DNA of 52,846 bases from Octopus bimaculoides (Eukaryota). The DNA lies in assembly GCF_001194135.2 (NCBI RefSeq), contig NC_068997.1, positions 43,967,379 through 44,020,224 on the forward strand, given 5' to 3'. The notes beneath the pieces were generated by a model that saw only the letters and a list, made by a program, of their open reading frames with translations, was not told where the DNA came from and searched no databases. The first letter of the stretch is position 1, and each line of letters begins with the position of its first letter. Position numbers and translations under genes: made by a program. Positions 35,590-48,235 of the stretch are shown piece by piece.

Positions 35590-35830
35590 TCTTTTGTTCT
35601 TTTACTTGTTTCAGTCGTTTGACAACGGCCGTGCTGGAGCACCGTCTCGAAGGGTTTTAGTCGAACAAATCGCCCCCAGGACTTATTTTTTAAGCCTGGT
35701 ACTCATTCTATCGGTCTTTAGCCGAACCGCTAAGTTACGGGGACGTAAACACACCAACACCAATTGTCAAGCGGTGATGGGGCGGGGGTCAAACACAAAT
35801 AAAGAGATACAAACACACACAGATATAAAC
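35590..35830 (-). mobile_element. CORE-type SINE 3' part, inverted relative to 35345-35520
   Basis: tcttttacttgtttcagtcg...taagttacggggacgtaaacacaccaacacc. Confidence 0.8.
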
Positions 35831-36189
35831 ACAGATATAAACACACACATACATACATATATGCATATATATAAATAGTAAATAAGTAGTAAATATGTGT
35901 GTGTGTGTGTGTGTGTTGTTGCTATTATGTTAAACTGTCGTATGTCCAAATTTTCATTATTTATTTTTGTTTGCAATAGCCGGTTCTTTTGTAAATAATG
36001 TAATTCCTCATCTCTTAAATGTAATTCTTAAACATAATTCCTTATCTCTTAAATATAAAACAGTTTCTTTTTAATTTTCCAGCAACGTGGAGTAATATTT
36101 CTTATTCGATCTGTTGTGCATTACGAAGTCAAAAAGATTTGGTAATTGTGTGTGTGTGAATTATCAGCTTCAAACAAATAAACTCAACA

Positions 36190-36720
36190 ATATGTATTGG
36201 ACACTGTAGAACACTTTGAAAGAGGCATGCAGGATGGTTATTCTGCATCTGCTGTAGTCGCTTAGAGCCATTTTTTTGTGCAATGTTGCTATGACTCCGT
36301 CACTCCAGGCCTCAACGATTTCCTCTTCATGCCATACTAAGTTGCAAAGATGTTCCAATACTTCTGAAGTGACATTTCCTTCGCATTTAAGCAATATTGT
36401 AACTACCTCATACAATCCAACTGCACTGTTTTTGCAGGCGACTAACGGCTTTGCCAACTCTAACGTTGAAATGTCCTTATCTGCTGGTGCTGTACTAGAA
36501 TCCTCTCTTATGTGAAGTCAAAGGAATCAGTCGAGTTCGGCTAGTTCGGCACTTCTTGCGAATGTTTCACTTATCTGAATGACTGTTCTTGCTCATTTTC
36601 ACCGTCTAACCATCCTTACCCTTAATTGGCACACCTGAATAACTTCTTGCTTCGGTTACCTTTCACTATTCTTTACAGACATCTGCTGTCATTTTTTACT
36701 TATACTTCCTCCTTCTTTGC
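36190..36720 (-). mobile_element. RTE-clade LINE fragment (start of the RT domain), degenerate
   Basis: ILLKCEG...LEHLCNLVWHEEEIVEAWSDGVIATLHKKMALSDYSRCRITILHASFKVF resembles the RTE pattern L.N.IW..E.IP..W..G.I..L.KKG.LSDC.NYRGI.LL...KVF. Confidence 0.7.
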
Positions 36721-37280
36721 TTTTCTCCTCATGTAGCGAGGCCTAGAAACGAAACTTTACAGATTTAGTAACTAGGATCAGATCACACTTAGATCAGGCG
36801 ACACGCTCTGAATATCAACCGATCAGCTTACAGAAACATCACCCCATATTATAGAATGTTCTGTGATATTTCGCGCGTTAAATGGAGTTATATAAGCAAC
36901 AACGAGGGCAAGCACAGGCAAATAGAACGCTAAGGACGCTATGCACGCAACACGCAATTACACGTGGTCACAGACAACAAATCCATAAGAAGATAACGGT
37001 TATATTTATACCCACTTAAACGTTGATACCATAAGAGAAACTTTCATTTTCGCTTTTGATGCAAAATGCACTCTTTTTAATATTATCAGCGGGAAGATAA
37101 ATTCCACCCCCACCCCCCAACACCAAGACCACCCGATCACGTGATTTCGAACTTCCTTGGTCTCATCGGTGATGGGCACTCGACCATGAGAGAAACTCTC
37201 ATGGTATCTTCCACAGTATAGTTTGTTCCAACAGAACATCTACTTTTAAGTGGGGATGGATATTAACTCTNNNNNNNNNN

Positions 37281-37334
<54 letters not shown>

Positions 37335-37335
<1 letters not shown>

Positions 37336-37510
37336 TAGCGACAGAAGCATGACACACACATGACAGATTTCCGTCTACCAATTCTCCTTACAAAGCATTG
37401 GTCGGCCCCGTGCTATATTAGAAGACATTTGCCCAAGATGCCGCGCAGTAGAACTGAACCCGTTGCCACATGGCCTGCAAAGCAGCTTCTTAACCACACA
37501 GCCATGTCTA
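37335..37510 (-). mobile_element. CORE-type SINE head
   Basis: tttccgtctacc...gaagacatttgcccaagatgccgcgcagtagaactgaacc. Confidence 0.7.
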
Positions 37511-38244
37511 TGCAGCGTTTCTACAATCCACTACACCAGTTTCTAAAAGCATCTTTAAACAATCTCATTTTTGTTTTTGTTTTTTTTACATTAACCAGTG
37601 TAACCTTGAACATTTACTTAGTGATACTCTCTCATCATTATATTAGAAAAAATATTCTTTTTGTTTTTATCTTTTTCCTTATATAATTGTTTCTAGTTAG
37701 CCATTTAATGTTCTCTGAGTTTAATTTGTTAATACTAACTAAACTAATATTCAGTAAAATACTTGGAATATTGTAAATGCAGTAAAAATCCTCAAGCATT
37801 TTGTAAACTGTAACACATAGTTACAAAACTAATTCTTCTATTTTATTGCAGCTAATACAGAGAATTTGTGTGTATGTAATAATAGACGTTCTCACGTTAA
37901 ATTTATTAAAAGCCAAAATAAAATCGCGTCTGTTGAGTTATCAACAATTACTATTTTTAAAAACGTTGTTGTTTTTCAGCTTTATTTTGTCACAAAGCCA
38001 TTAAAACAACGATAATTAGTTGCCTATTTATAAATGTACAATGGATAAAAGAAGAAATCCAATAAAGAATATGTTAACCACAATTAAAAAGGTACGTTTG
38101 CAAGTAATTTATTGTAAGTGAAGCCAATAAAAGAGCCTCCCTGCGGTCATTCGACCGACTAGAAATAACAACTAAATCTTTTTCAGTTCATACCGTACTA
38201 TCTTAGAAATTGAGGAACCTTTCAGATAATGAACCTATCAGACG

Positions 38245-38776
38245 TGTAGCGAACTCTAGTGAGCTTCCTCTCTTATATTACATACTTACGAACGTAGCAG
38301 GTAGCAGCTAACCTTTGGGCGCTATTTTGGACCCCGATGTGTCTACCACTCTGATTGGTTGGTATTGGTGCAATTTGTCTCTTACTCTATTGCGCGCCAA
38401 TATGCAACCCAACCAATCGCAACCTTCAAATAAGTCACGTGAGATAGTCTGTTCCAAACAAGCATTTCAGCCTACCATTAGCTATAAAAGCTCACCTACT
38501 TCTAGTCTCAACGTGTGTTGGTTCCCGACCTCTAAGGTCTAACCACTGACCACATTACAGCGGCCTCTATCTTCGTCGCGATTATGAGGTCTCTTACCAA
38601 CGTCGTCAACATCTACACAGCCCCAACACATTGCACTGGTTCTAACATATTGCTGTTCGTGAGCTTCTCACCAGGGTTAACAGCTAACATACAACCCACG
38701 TAGATGCATGTAGATATATGAATAAATGTCCATCAACCACTTCCATTCAGCTTGTGTATATATACGTGTGACTACA
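38245..38776 (+). mobile_element. Putative solo LTR
   Basis: Inverted termini TGTAG...CTACA, several CCAAT/ATTGG boxes, CACGTG, TATAAAAG at 38483 and AATAAA near 38720. No TSD match. Confidence 0.45.
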
Positions 38777-38984
38777 ATAAATGTATTTAAAGTTATCACC
38801 TTTGTTCCATCTATTTCTTTACCGGGTTCCTACCAAACCAGATTACAGCCTTCTGAGCGGAGTCATTTGATAGAATACCAACTATCCATCTAAAGATGCA
38901 TTCTGTTGGGATGGTAATTGATGTAACACCTTTGATTATAGTTTTGCTTGATCAGAGACGACTCGGAGCTAAGCAGCAGCAACA

Positions 38985-39960
38985 TTTCTTGTGAGTCTCA
39001 AAGCGTTTATTGTGTATTCCGAATATATCAAACCTATATCTGAGGTAAAGGTTGACTGCGTAAACTATAATTTTAGTAACGCTTTTGACAAGTTCAACCT
39101 TAGAATTATATGTCAGAAGTGGAAAAACGTTGGCATAACAAGAAATTTGAACATATGGATCATTGATTTCCTGAAAGGCTGAAATCACAAAGTGATGGCC
39201 AACGGAGACCTTTCTGAAAAGTCTGTGGTAATAAGAGAAATACCACCAGGGTACTGGGTACTGATCTAGGTCCCCTTTTGTTCCTCATGTCTTCGATATA
39301 AAAATACACAATTGGTCATAAGCAGGCAACTATGCAGACGACTTCAAAGTGATGGTAAAGATCAAGACAGAGAAAATGGCCTCAGTTGCTCACGCTTAAG
39401 AATCCAACCGGAAAACTTAATGACGGTTGCTCCTAGTAGGACTCTATGGAGGAGGTACTTGAGGGTTCTACCTTCAGAACCCTCCCAAGAATAGTAAGCG
39501 GAGAAGATGGATGGATGAATGACAACATCGTGTTGCTCAAGGCTAAAAACTTCCATGCCCATCATTAACGGACAGAGAGTCTCCTACGAAATTTTCTATC
39601 TTGCCTCAAAAAGGACAAAAATCTGAAACTCTGAGCACGTTCACGAATTGGAAATAATTAAGTCTGAAAATGCATGTCTTTTCTACACAGTCACAAATCG
39701 CCGACAGTTTGTCCAAGACTTCTACGTTTGGGTACTGAGGACATTTATTTTGAGAGACCTGACAGCAATGCAGACACTTTGAAAGCACTTAAAGCTCTTG
39801 TTTTAAGTAGGTTGGACTTCTGCACACAAGTATGATCACCTAGTACACCAAGCCTTACCCACTAAAAGGTGGGGTGGGGAGCTACAACCATAAAGCAAAT
39901 AAAAAAATAAAACCTTAACTACTGGGAACGCCTCTGCGAATCATGTTTCTAATTTTTGGA
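38985..39960 (+). mobile_element. Degenerate CR1-like LINE RT fragment
   Basis: VDCVNYNFSNAFDK, IWIIDFLKG, LGPLLF, and later WVLRTF..RD..AMQTL motifs, with many stops and frameshifts. Confidence 0.7.
39355..39522 (+). mobile_element. Rex3/Expander-like 3' end nested in the CR1 fragment
   Basis: SCSRLRIQPENLMTVA..LWRRYLRVLPSEPSQE*, then a taagcggagaagatggatggatg tail. Confidence 0.55.
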
Positions 39961-39999
39961 AAGAAGGCGGTAACGACATGCCATCCTGTACATCTCGTT

Positions 40000-40385
40000 T
40001 CCCTTGTCTACTTGCTTCTGTCATTGGACTGCAGCCATGCCGGGGGCACCACTTTGAAGGGTTTAGTCAAACACATTGACCCCAGTACTTATTTTTTAAA
40101 AGTTTGGTACTTATTCTAACGGTATCTTTTGCCGAACTGTTAGGTTTCGGAGACGTAAATAAACCGACATCGGTTGTCATGTGGTGATAGAGGTCAAAGA
40201 CGCACGCGCACACGCATATATGATGAGCTTCTTTCAGTTTTCGTCTACCAAATGCTCTCGCAAGGCTTTGGTCGGCAATTATGGTAGAATATACTTGCCC
40301 AAGGTACCACAAAGTGAGGCCGAGTCTGAAATGATGTGGTCGGAAAGCAAACTGCTTACCATAAAGCTATGCCTGCGCCTATATA
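40000..40385 (-). mobile_element. CORE-type SINE
   Basis: Tail, core gagcttctttcagttttcgtctacc and head ...tatgcctgcgcct are all present. Confidence 0.8.
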
Positions 40386-41411
40386 TGGAAGATTCTTAAA
40401 GAGAGTGTTCTGAAATTTGGCATACAAGAGAGAAAAAAAAATAGAAAATATGGGACTTACTCACAGATCCCCAAACTCCCTTCCGCAATCCTCTCATTAG
40501 GAACTTATACTGAGACAATTTGGGGTTTGAAGGCTGTCGGTTTATACGTATCATTTTCTCCTGAAAGTATTAGGAAACGTTTTTAGTTTGAACGTTAAAT
40601 TCGAATAAGTAGATGTGAGGTTTGAGCTGCAATAACCATAAACAACCCTCACCTATTGGCGTTGATTACCGTTGAACTTCTCGCCAATACACAGATCCAC
40701 GCACGCACACACACACACACGCACGCATACACACACGCACACATACACACACACACAGAGTTTTTTGTGTTTATTTAGGATTACACTGTGTAATGTGATT
40801 TTTTTTTTTACTAATGTATGACGGCAGTGTAAGATTGAAGTGAAATTTAATTGCTATATCTAGCAGGTCGGGCACAGATACAATAAACCTCGTTGTTGCT
40901 GTGTATTCTCAGATCAGTCACTGTCTAACAAAACTAATCGACTACGTTTCAGCTCCATGTCGAACAAAATAGTCTGCCAATATACAATTATCTTTCTCGC
41001 TGTTTTACAATAATAATTGTTTATTTTCAGAGTAGGTGACTGAACTAACAGGTGAGTTAGTTCATTACTTCAGCGAAATGGTTGCCTTTAGAGACGATGA
41101 GAGTTTTCCTATTTTACTAAGGGAAAAGAATAGAAGGAAGTTTTTGTCTTCTATGTATATCCATATCGACATGTTTACATCAATGTTATTAGATTCCATG
41201 TGTTCCACTGAAGCTGATATGGAGCTGAATTTCACATTAGCTAAATCTACGGATACCTTTATACGTAAGTAGCTATCATTGGCGCCATTGCTTTTTGCTT
41301 CCTGCTCTATTTACTTAATGTTTTCTTTCTTCCTCTATACTTGAACACTTCGCCTTTTCCTTCGCGGTATTGGTTTTCTCAATTAGCAGAAAAAATATAT
41401 ATATATATAAT

Positions 41412-42962
41412 CAAATCGAAAAAGAGGCTCTAGCGATCATTTTTGCCGTGAAAAAATTTCACAAATTTTTTCACGGTAGTTATTATCAATATTTATAACC
41501 GACTGTTATTATCGATATTTAGGTCGAAAAAAATGAATTCCTACCTATACTGCTAATAGGTTACAGCGTTGGGCTACGATATTATTAAACTACGATTTCA
41601 AGATGGAGTATGTACCATGCAAGAAATTAGGCCATGCAGATCGTCTATCTAGACTGATTTTTAAAAAAAAATGCAGAATCATTCGAAGATACTGTGATTG
41701 CCGCTTTGCGAGCGGAAAATAAAATTAAAAATTATCTGTGTAACGTCATTCTTGAACTGTTACGTTACCAGACATAAAATCAAAGTCGGAGAACGATAAA
41801 TTCATTATCAAAATGAATGAAACACTGAAGGCCCAAGAAAATTAAAATATGCGCAACACAAATGCTAACCATTTCTCACTGCTTGACAATGTATTGATGT
41901 ACGCACAAAGAGTCGTAGTGCCAATCGCACTACAAAGCGGTTATTAAAAGAATTTCATATTGGTCACTCAGGAATTTCGAGAATGAAAGCACTTATGAGA
42001 AGTTATGTACGTTGGCCTACAATGGATCGTGACATTGAAGAGTCGATGAAATCCTGCAGAGGTTGTGCCCTTCCAACCAAGCCACCACCAATAAATTCCA
42101 ACTGTGGCCTAAAACTGACAGTCCATGGTCCAGGCTTCATATAGATTTTGCTGGACCAGTAAATGGCGCTTATTACCTGATTGTAGTAGATAGTTATATT
42201 AAGTGACTGGAAATATGCAAGATAAGGTGTCCCGGACACCATAGTTTCAGATAACAGTAAGCAGTTTACGGTGTATGAGTTTAAACATTTTTGAAAAATG
42301 TACGTAATTGTACACGTCTCTACTCCACCATATCACCCAAGATCAAACGGAACGGTTCGTGTATACATTTAAAAGAGCATTAAAAAATCAAGAAACGAGC
42401 TAGTCGATGACGCAGCATTGACACAATTCTCGAGGGTTTATAGGATAGCACTAAACCCAAACACTTGTTCAGCCAAGTCGCCTGTGGAAAAATAAAGTCA
42501 ATTTTTGACAAGTTGTTACCAGTAAAAAAAAAAAAACAAATTGGGAAAACACTCAAAATACGACATAATATTTTAATATCGGTGATAAGGTGTTTTTTTT
42601 AAATATATAAGAATGGAAGAGAAGGTTGGGAAGACGGAGTAGTAACAAAGAGAATAGGCAAAATGACGTATATAAGAGGCGGAAAATGGGAATGCAAAAG
42701 ACATTTAAAATAGCTAAAAAATAGATATACGGAAAAAAGAAAAGAGATATCCACGGAAATGCTCTACGACACCTTTGATGTTCCGACGCCACAAGAAGTC
42801 GAACCTAGGCGTAGCAGCACAAGAAAGAGGATACAAACAGAGTGGTTGAAAGTGGTGTCTAAAAGGAAGAACTATTAAACTTCCTTAGGAGAAAAAATAA
42901 ATAAATAAATAAAAATAATAATAATATTAACTTTGAACGGAAGTCGATCTCAAAGGGAAAGA
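41412..42962 (+). mobile_element. Ty3/Gypsy LTR retrotransposon pol remnant (RNase H, integrase)
   Basis: QIEKEALAIIFAVKKFHK; ANRLQRWATILLNYDF; HSGISRMKALMRSYV.WP.MDRDIE..KSCRGC; PWSRLHIDFAGPVNG.YYLIVVDSY; PDTIVSDN..QF; PPYHPRSNG. Stops and frameshifts throughout. Confidence 0.88.
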
Positions 42963-43200
42963 TGTTGTGGCGAGAGTCATTGACAACCCTGTAGGATTTG
43001 GAAGAATGGACTAGCCGAACTCTTATAAAAAGTAGCGTATTCGTTGAGACCAGGGAGAACAGTGGTAGGAGTCGTTGACAGTTTGTGGAAGTCGTGAGAG
43101 GTCGCTGAGAACGTTGAGAGTTTGTATTTATCGGAGTCTCGTGTTTAGTGAAGTAATTTGAACTACGTCCTGTGAAGACAGTTGTGTCTATTCCCGCTTC
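42963..43200 (+). mobile_element. Probable 3' LTR of the Gypsy element (right end uncertain)
   Basis: Polypurine tract aaagggaaaga (42952-42962) immediately followed by TGTTGTGG. Confidence 0.5.
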
Positions 43201-43539
43201 GTGAAATCTGTATATATATCCAAAGTATAGAAGGATAAAAAAAAAGTACTGGGGTCAATTTGTTCACTAAATTCAAGACCGTGGCCCCAACACGGCCGCC
43301 TTTAGTGAAACAAGTAAGCAGTAAAACCAAACGATTAAAAAAGAAAAATAGATAAATGGATCTCCGTCGGTTTCGACAATGAATATTCGAGTTGATCGAT
43401 TCACTGAAGTGCTTACTCCTTGAATTATATAAATCTAAAGGCTGAGTATTTTATAGACGTGTTTGCTTAATGTAATTCTCCAACATAGCGTATGACAAAG
43501 TCGGCCTTTTAAATTACAAGTACAGTCCCTACGACGTGC

Positions 43540-43705
43540 TTCCACATAGTTTCCGTCAACCCAATTTCACTCACAAAGTATGGGTCGACTCGAGGTTATG
43601 GTTAAAAAAGTAATAAAAAAAGGCACTTGCCCAAGAAGCCATGCAGTGGGATCGAAACCGAAACTTCTCGGTTATGAAGTGCGCTTCTTAACCACTCGGT
43701 GATGC
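43540..43705 (-). mobile_element. CORE-type SINE head
   Basis: cacttgcccaagaagccatgcagtgggatcgaaacc...cttaaccactcgg. Confidence 0.65.
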
Positions 43706-43729
43706 CCGCGTCCCATGGAACAGTCCTCC

Positions 43730-43747
43730 TTTTCTCTCTCTCCTTCG

Positions 43748-43787
<40 letters not shown>

Positions 43788-44140
43788 TTCTCGCTCTCTT
43801 TCTCTCTCTCTCCCTCTCTTTCTCTCTCTTCCTCGCTCTCTTTCTCTCTCCCTCCCTTTCTCTCTCTTCCTCGCTCTCTTTCTCTCTCTCTTCCTCGCTC
43901 TCTTTCTCCCTCTATCTGTAACCCTCTTTCTCCCTCTATCTCTAACCCTCTTTCTCTCTCTCTATTTCTCCCTCTCTCTCTCCCTTTCTCTCTCTCTTTC
44001 TCCCTCTATCTCTATCCCTCTCTCTCTCTCCCTTTCTCTCTCTCGCTCCTTTCTCTCTCTCTCTCCTTTCTCTCTCTCTTTCTCTTTCTCTCTCTCTTAC
44101 GCATACACACACGCACGCACACACACACACACACACACAT
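43730..44140. repeat. Complex (CT)n-rich polypyrimidine tract plus (CA)n
   Basis: Directly visible; source of the Leu/Ser ORF 43699-44358. Confidence 0.92.
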
Positions 44141-44509
44141 CAAAACATTTGTCAATTCCAGACAAAGGCGGAATAAGAGTTCCATCGAACTTACCGTCTC
44201 TCATTCCCAAAACTGACGAAAGTAGCAGTAGTAACAGCAAGAATAATTGCTATCAAGCTAAATGTGTGCGAACTATTAACAATTTGGAATGTTACTTTTG
44301 TTGTTGTTGTGGTGGTTATTGTTATGATTGTCCTTGTTATTGTTTAGCCCTAGGCTAAACAGACCTATAATTGTTTCTAATTTTAGCACAAGGCTAACAA
44401 ATTCAATGGAGGTGGGGAAGAGCGAATCGTGTTCTTCACTGATACTTAACGACGAAAAGCAAAGTCGACCGCGGCCGAATTTAAACCCGGAACGAACGTA
44501 AAGAGCTGT

Positions 44510-44740
44510 GTGCGCGTGTGTGTGTGTGGGGGGGGGGACATGTTTGTCCCCCAGTACCGCTTGACAACAGCTGTTGGTGCGTTTACGTCCCCGTAACGTA
44601 GCGGTTCGGCAAAAGAGACGACAGAGAGAAAAAGTACAAGGCTTTACAAAAAGTACAGGAATCGATTCGTTCGATGAAATTCCTCAAGGCGTGCCCCAGC
44701 ATGGTTGCACTTTAATGCGTGAAACAAGAAAAAGAAAGAA
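44510..44740 (+). mobile_element. CORE-type SINE 3' part
   Basis: ccgcttgacaacagctgttggtgcgtttacgtccccgtaacgtagcggttcggc...gaaacaagaaaaaga. Confidence 0.75.
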
Positions 44741-45009
44741 GCATTTTGTCCGACTCGCTAACGTTTCTATCAATCCGTTACCTTTCTGCGTCTTCTTTCT
44801 TTCAAGCATAGTGTAGCTAGGACTTCAATTATCTGAGGTGCCCTTCCTTTTTTAAAGGCAACACAATGTGATATTATGGTGTTTATTTCTAACAGGTCAA
44901 ACGACCGCGGAGAAACCCCTTCTATTGATCTGCATTTTGAAATGTTGCTTTTGTGTTGTTGCTGCCGCTGTTTAGCTCCAGATCAGCACTGATTAATCGT
45001 ACATATATT

Positions 45010-45350
45010 TTACCTTTTACTTGTTTCATTCATTGGACTGCGGCCAAGCTGGAGCACCACCTCGAAGCGTTCAGTCGAGCAAATCGACTACAGTCCATGT
45101 TTTATAAATCTGGTGGTACTTATTCAATCTGTTTTTCTTTTGCCGAACTGCTACATTGCAAAGACGTAAACAAACGAACAACGGCAGTCAAGCAATAGTA
45201 GGGGGACAAACACAAATACACACACAAACACAAACACACATACACACACAAACACATAGACACACAAACACACAAACACATACACACATATAACGTACAT
45301 ATATAGATACGTATATCTGTATTTATATGTAAATGCAAACACACACACAC
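45010..45350 (-). mobile_element. CORE-type SINE 3' part, inverted relative to 44510-44740
   Basis: ttttacttgtttcattcattggactgcggcc...gccgaactgct...gacgtaaacaaacg...gtcaagc. Confidence 0.75.
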
Positions 45351-45399
45351 ATAACGGGATTCCACGTAGTTTTTTTATTTCTTTATTGCCCACATGGAG

Positions 45400-45606
45400 T
45401 TAAACATAGAGGGGACAAACAAGGACAGACAAAGGGATTAAGTCGATTACATCGACCCAGTGCGTAACTGGTACTTAATTTATCGACCCCGAAAGGATGA
45501 AAGGCAAAGTCGACCTCGGCGGAATTTGAACTCAGAACGTAAGGACAGACGAATTGCCGTTAAGCATTTCGCCCGGCGTGCTAACGTTTCTGCCAGCTCG
45601 CCGCCT
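45400..45606 (-). mobile_element. Meta-domain SINE, CpG-intact
   Basis: ctggtacttaatttatcgaccccgaaaggatgaaaggcaaagtcgacctcggcggaatttgaactcagaacg...gccagctcgccgcctt. Confidence 0.85.
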
Positions 45607-47244
45607 TTTCCACGTAGTTCTGTCTACCAAATCCACTTGTAGTGAANNNNNNNNNNNNNNNNNNNNNNNNNNNNNNNNNNNNNNNNNNNNNNNNNNNNNN
45701 NNNNNNNNNNNNNNNNNNNNNNNNNNNNNNNNNNNNNNNNNNNNNNNNNNNNNNNNNNNNNNNNNNNNNNNNNNNNNNNNNNNNNNNNNNNNNNNNNNNN
45801 NNNNNNNNNNNNNNNNNNNNNNNNNNNNNNNNNNNNNNNNNNNNNNNNNNNNNNNNNNNNNNNNNNNNNNNNNNNNNNNNNNNNNNNNNNNNNNNNNNNN
45901 NNNNNNNNNNNNNNNNNNNNNNNNNNNNNNNNNNNNNNNNNNNNNNNNNNNNNNNNNNNNNNNNNNNNNNNNNNNNNNNNNNNNNNNNNNNNNNNNNNNN
46001 NNNNNNNNNNNNNNNNNNNNNNNNNNNNNNNNNNNNNNNNNNNNNNNNNNNNNNNNNNNNNNNNNNNNNNNNNNNNNNNNNNNNNNNNNNNNNNNNNNNN
46101 NNNNNNNNNNNNNNNNNNNNNNNNNNNNNNNNNNNNNNNNNNNNNNNNNNNNNNNNNNNNNNNNNNNNNNNNNNNNNNNNNNNNNNNNNNNNNNNNNNNN
46201 NNNNNNNNNNNNNNNNNNNNNNNNNNNNNNNNNNNNNNNNNNNNNNNNNNNNNNNNNNNNNNNNNNNNNNNNNNNNNNNNNNNNNNNNNNNNNNNNNNNN
46301 NNNNNNNNNNNNNNNNNNNNNNNNNNNNNNNNNNNNNNNNNNNNNNNNNNNNNNNNNNNNNNNNNNNNNNNNNNNNNNNNNNNNNNNNNNNNNNNNNNNN
46401 NNNNNNNNNNNNNNNNNNNNNNNNNNNNNNNNNNNNNNNNNNNNNNNNNNNNNNNNNNNNNNNNNNNNNNNNNNNNNNNNNNNNNNNNNNNNNNNNNNNN
46501 NNNNNNNNNNNNNNNNNNNNNNNNNNNNNNNNNNNNNNNNNNNNNNNNNNNNNNNNNNNNNNNNNNNNNNNNNNNNNNNNNNNNNNNNNNNNTGTTCTTA
46601 TATGTCGCATTCACACTCTCACACAGACATACATTTTTAACGCTACAATAAATATCTCTGTTATTCATCTAATACGGTTGTGCTCTTTCATTACTGGTCA
46701 TCTATGTTATCGTCGCATAACATATCATCTATATCATCTTCGATATGATATTGTGTGTTCGACCGTGTGACACGTTTTAATAAAAGGAGTCCTCTGTTTT
46801 TCCATTCGTCACCATTTCTCCTTTTTGAGTTCGCACGGTCGTCCCTTACACACTCACAAAGCATTGGTCTATCCGAGGCTGTAGCAGAAGACTCTCAGCC
46901 AAGGTACTGCCCAGTGGGACTGAACTGAAAATAACGTGGTCGCAATGCAGGCTTCTTAACTATTCAGGCATTAGTGAAAATATCAAAATAGAAGAGTCGA
47001 CTATCGGGAATCGAACCTGAGACTCAAACTAGATTTGTGCGAAAGTTTATAACATATGCTACGGCAGTAATCGCATCGATTTTTCCGTAGCAATTATGCA
47101 ATGTTCTTCTGTTGCACTTTGATGAACTAGTTAAACTAGGTGCGCAACAGATGTCGTTCGTCTGCACCTAGCTCTGGCAGTGTGCATCCCAGCACAATTG
47201 ATCGGGATGGAGGGGAGGGGGAACGCTACTGCTGATGCTGCTGT

Positions 47245-47650
47245 TTCTACTACTACTACTACTACAACCACCACCACCACCACAACCGCCACCATCACCA
47301 CCACTACCACTACTACCACTACTACAACTACTACTATTACAACTACTACCACCACCAACACCACCACCACCAACACTACTACTACTACTACCACCACCAC
47401 CACCACTACCAGCAGCACCATCACTACTACTACTACCCCAACACTACCACCACTACTACTACTAGTACCACCAACACTACTACTACCACCACCACCACCA
47501 CCACCACTACTACTACTACTACCACCACCACCAACACTACTACTACTACTGCTACTACTACTACTACTATCACCACCACCAACACTACTACTACTACTGC
47601 CATCACCACAACCACCACCACCACTACTACTACTACTACTACAACTACTA
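47245..47650. repeat. Long mixed (ACT)n/(ACC)n microsatellite
   Basis: Directly visible; source of the poly-Thr/Pro/Val/Gly ORFs at 47131-47754. Confidence 0.92.
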
Positions 47651-48011
47651 CGTGTCCGCGCGAGAGTGCGTCCATAAGCGCGGGCGTGTGTAGTATGATT
47701 TAATATTTTAACACGAGTGTTTTTTGTTTCCATTTCCATTTTCTTCCACCACATACTTTCTCGTGTATCACAGCCAGCCTTTGTTTGTAGCCAAGCGGAG
47801 CGGGTTTTCTAGAATAACCATTACCTTTGTTTTGTTTTATTTTATTTTATTTATTTATTTTTTATTCTTGGTTGTTTTATTGTTAATTGAAGTTTAATGA
47901 CACGCCGAAACACTACTGTCAATGTTTCTCACTATTGTGTTTTAAGTTTAGAATTGTTTCTGATAAAGAAATGCTTGCTTGTTTGCCCGGGATGGCAATA
48001 TACCAGGAAAT

Positions 48012-48235
48012 AAGGTGATGAGCTGGCAGAAACGTTAGCACGTCGGGCGAAATGCTTAGAGGTATTTCGTCTGCTGTTTCGTTCTGGGTTCAAATTCCGT
48101 CGAGGTCGACATTGCCTTTTATCATTTCGGGGTCATTAAATTAAGTTCCAGTTGCATACTCGGGTCGATCTAATCGACTGGCCCTCTCCCCCAAAATTTC
48201 GGGCCTTCGGGCCTTGTGACTAGAGTAGAAAAGAA
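48012..48235 (+). mobile_element. Meta-domain SINE
   Basis: gagctggcagaaacgttagcacgtcgggcgaaatgc...gaggtcgacattgccttttatcatttcggggtc. Confidence 0.85.

Noticed and set aside
43699-44358. 219-aa Leu/Ser-rich ORF
   Set aside because: Translation of a (CT)n tract.
47131-47754. Poly-Thr/Pro/Val/Gly 'mucin-like' ORFs
   Set aside because: Pure (ACT)/(ACC) microsatellite, with no splice or homology support.
47770-47835. Two CTTTGTT (TCF/SOX-like) motifs
   Set aside because: Short T-rich motifs expected by chance; no other support.
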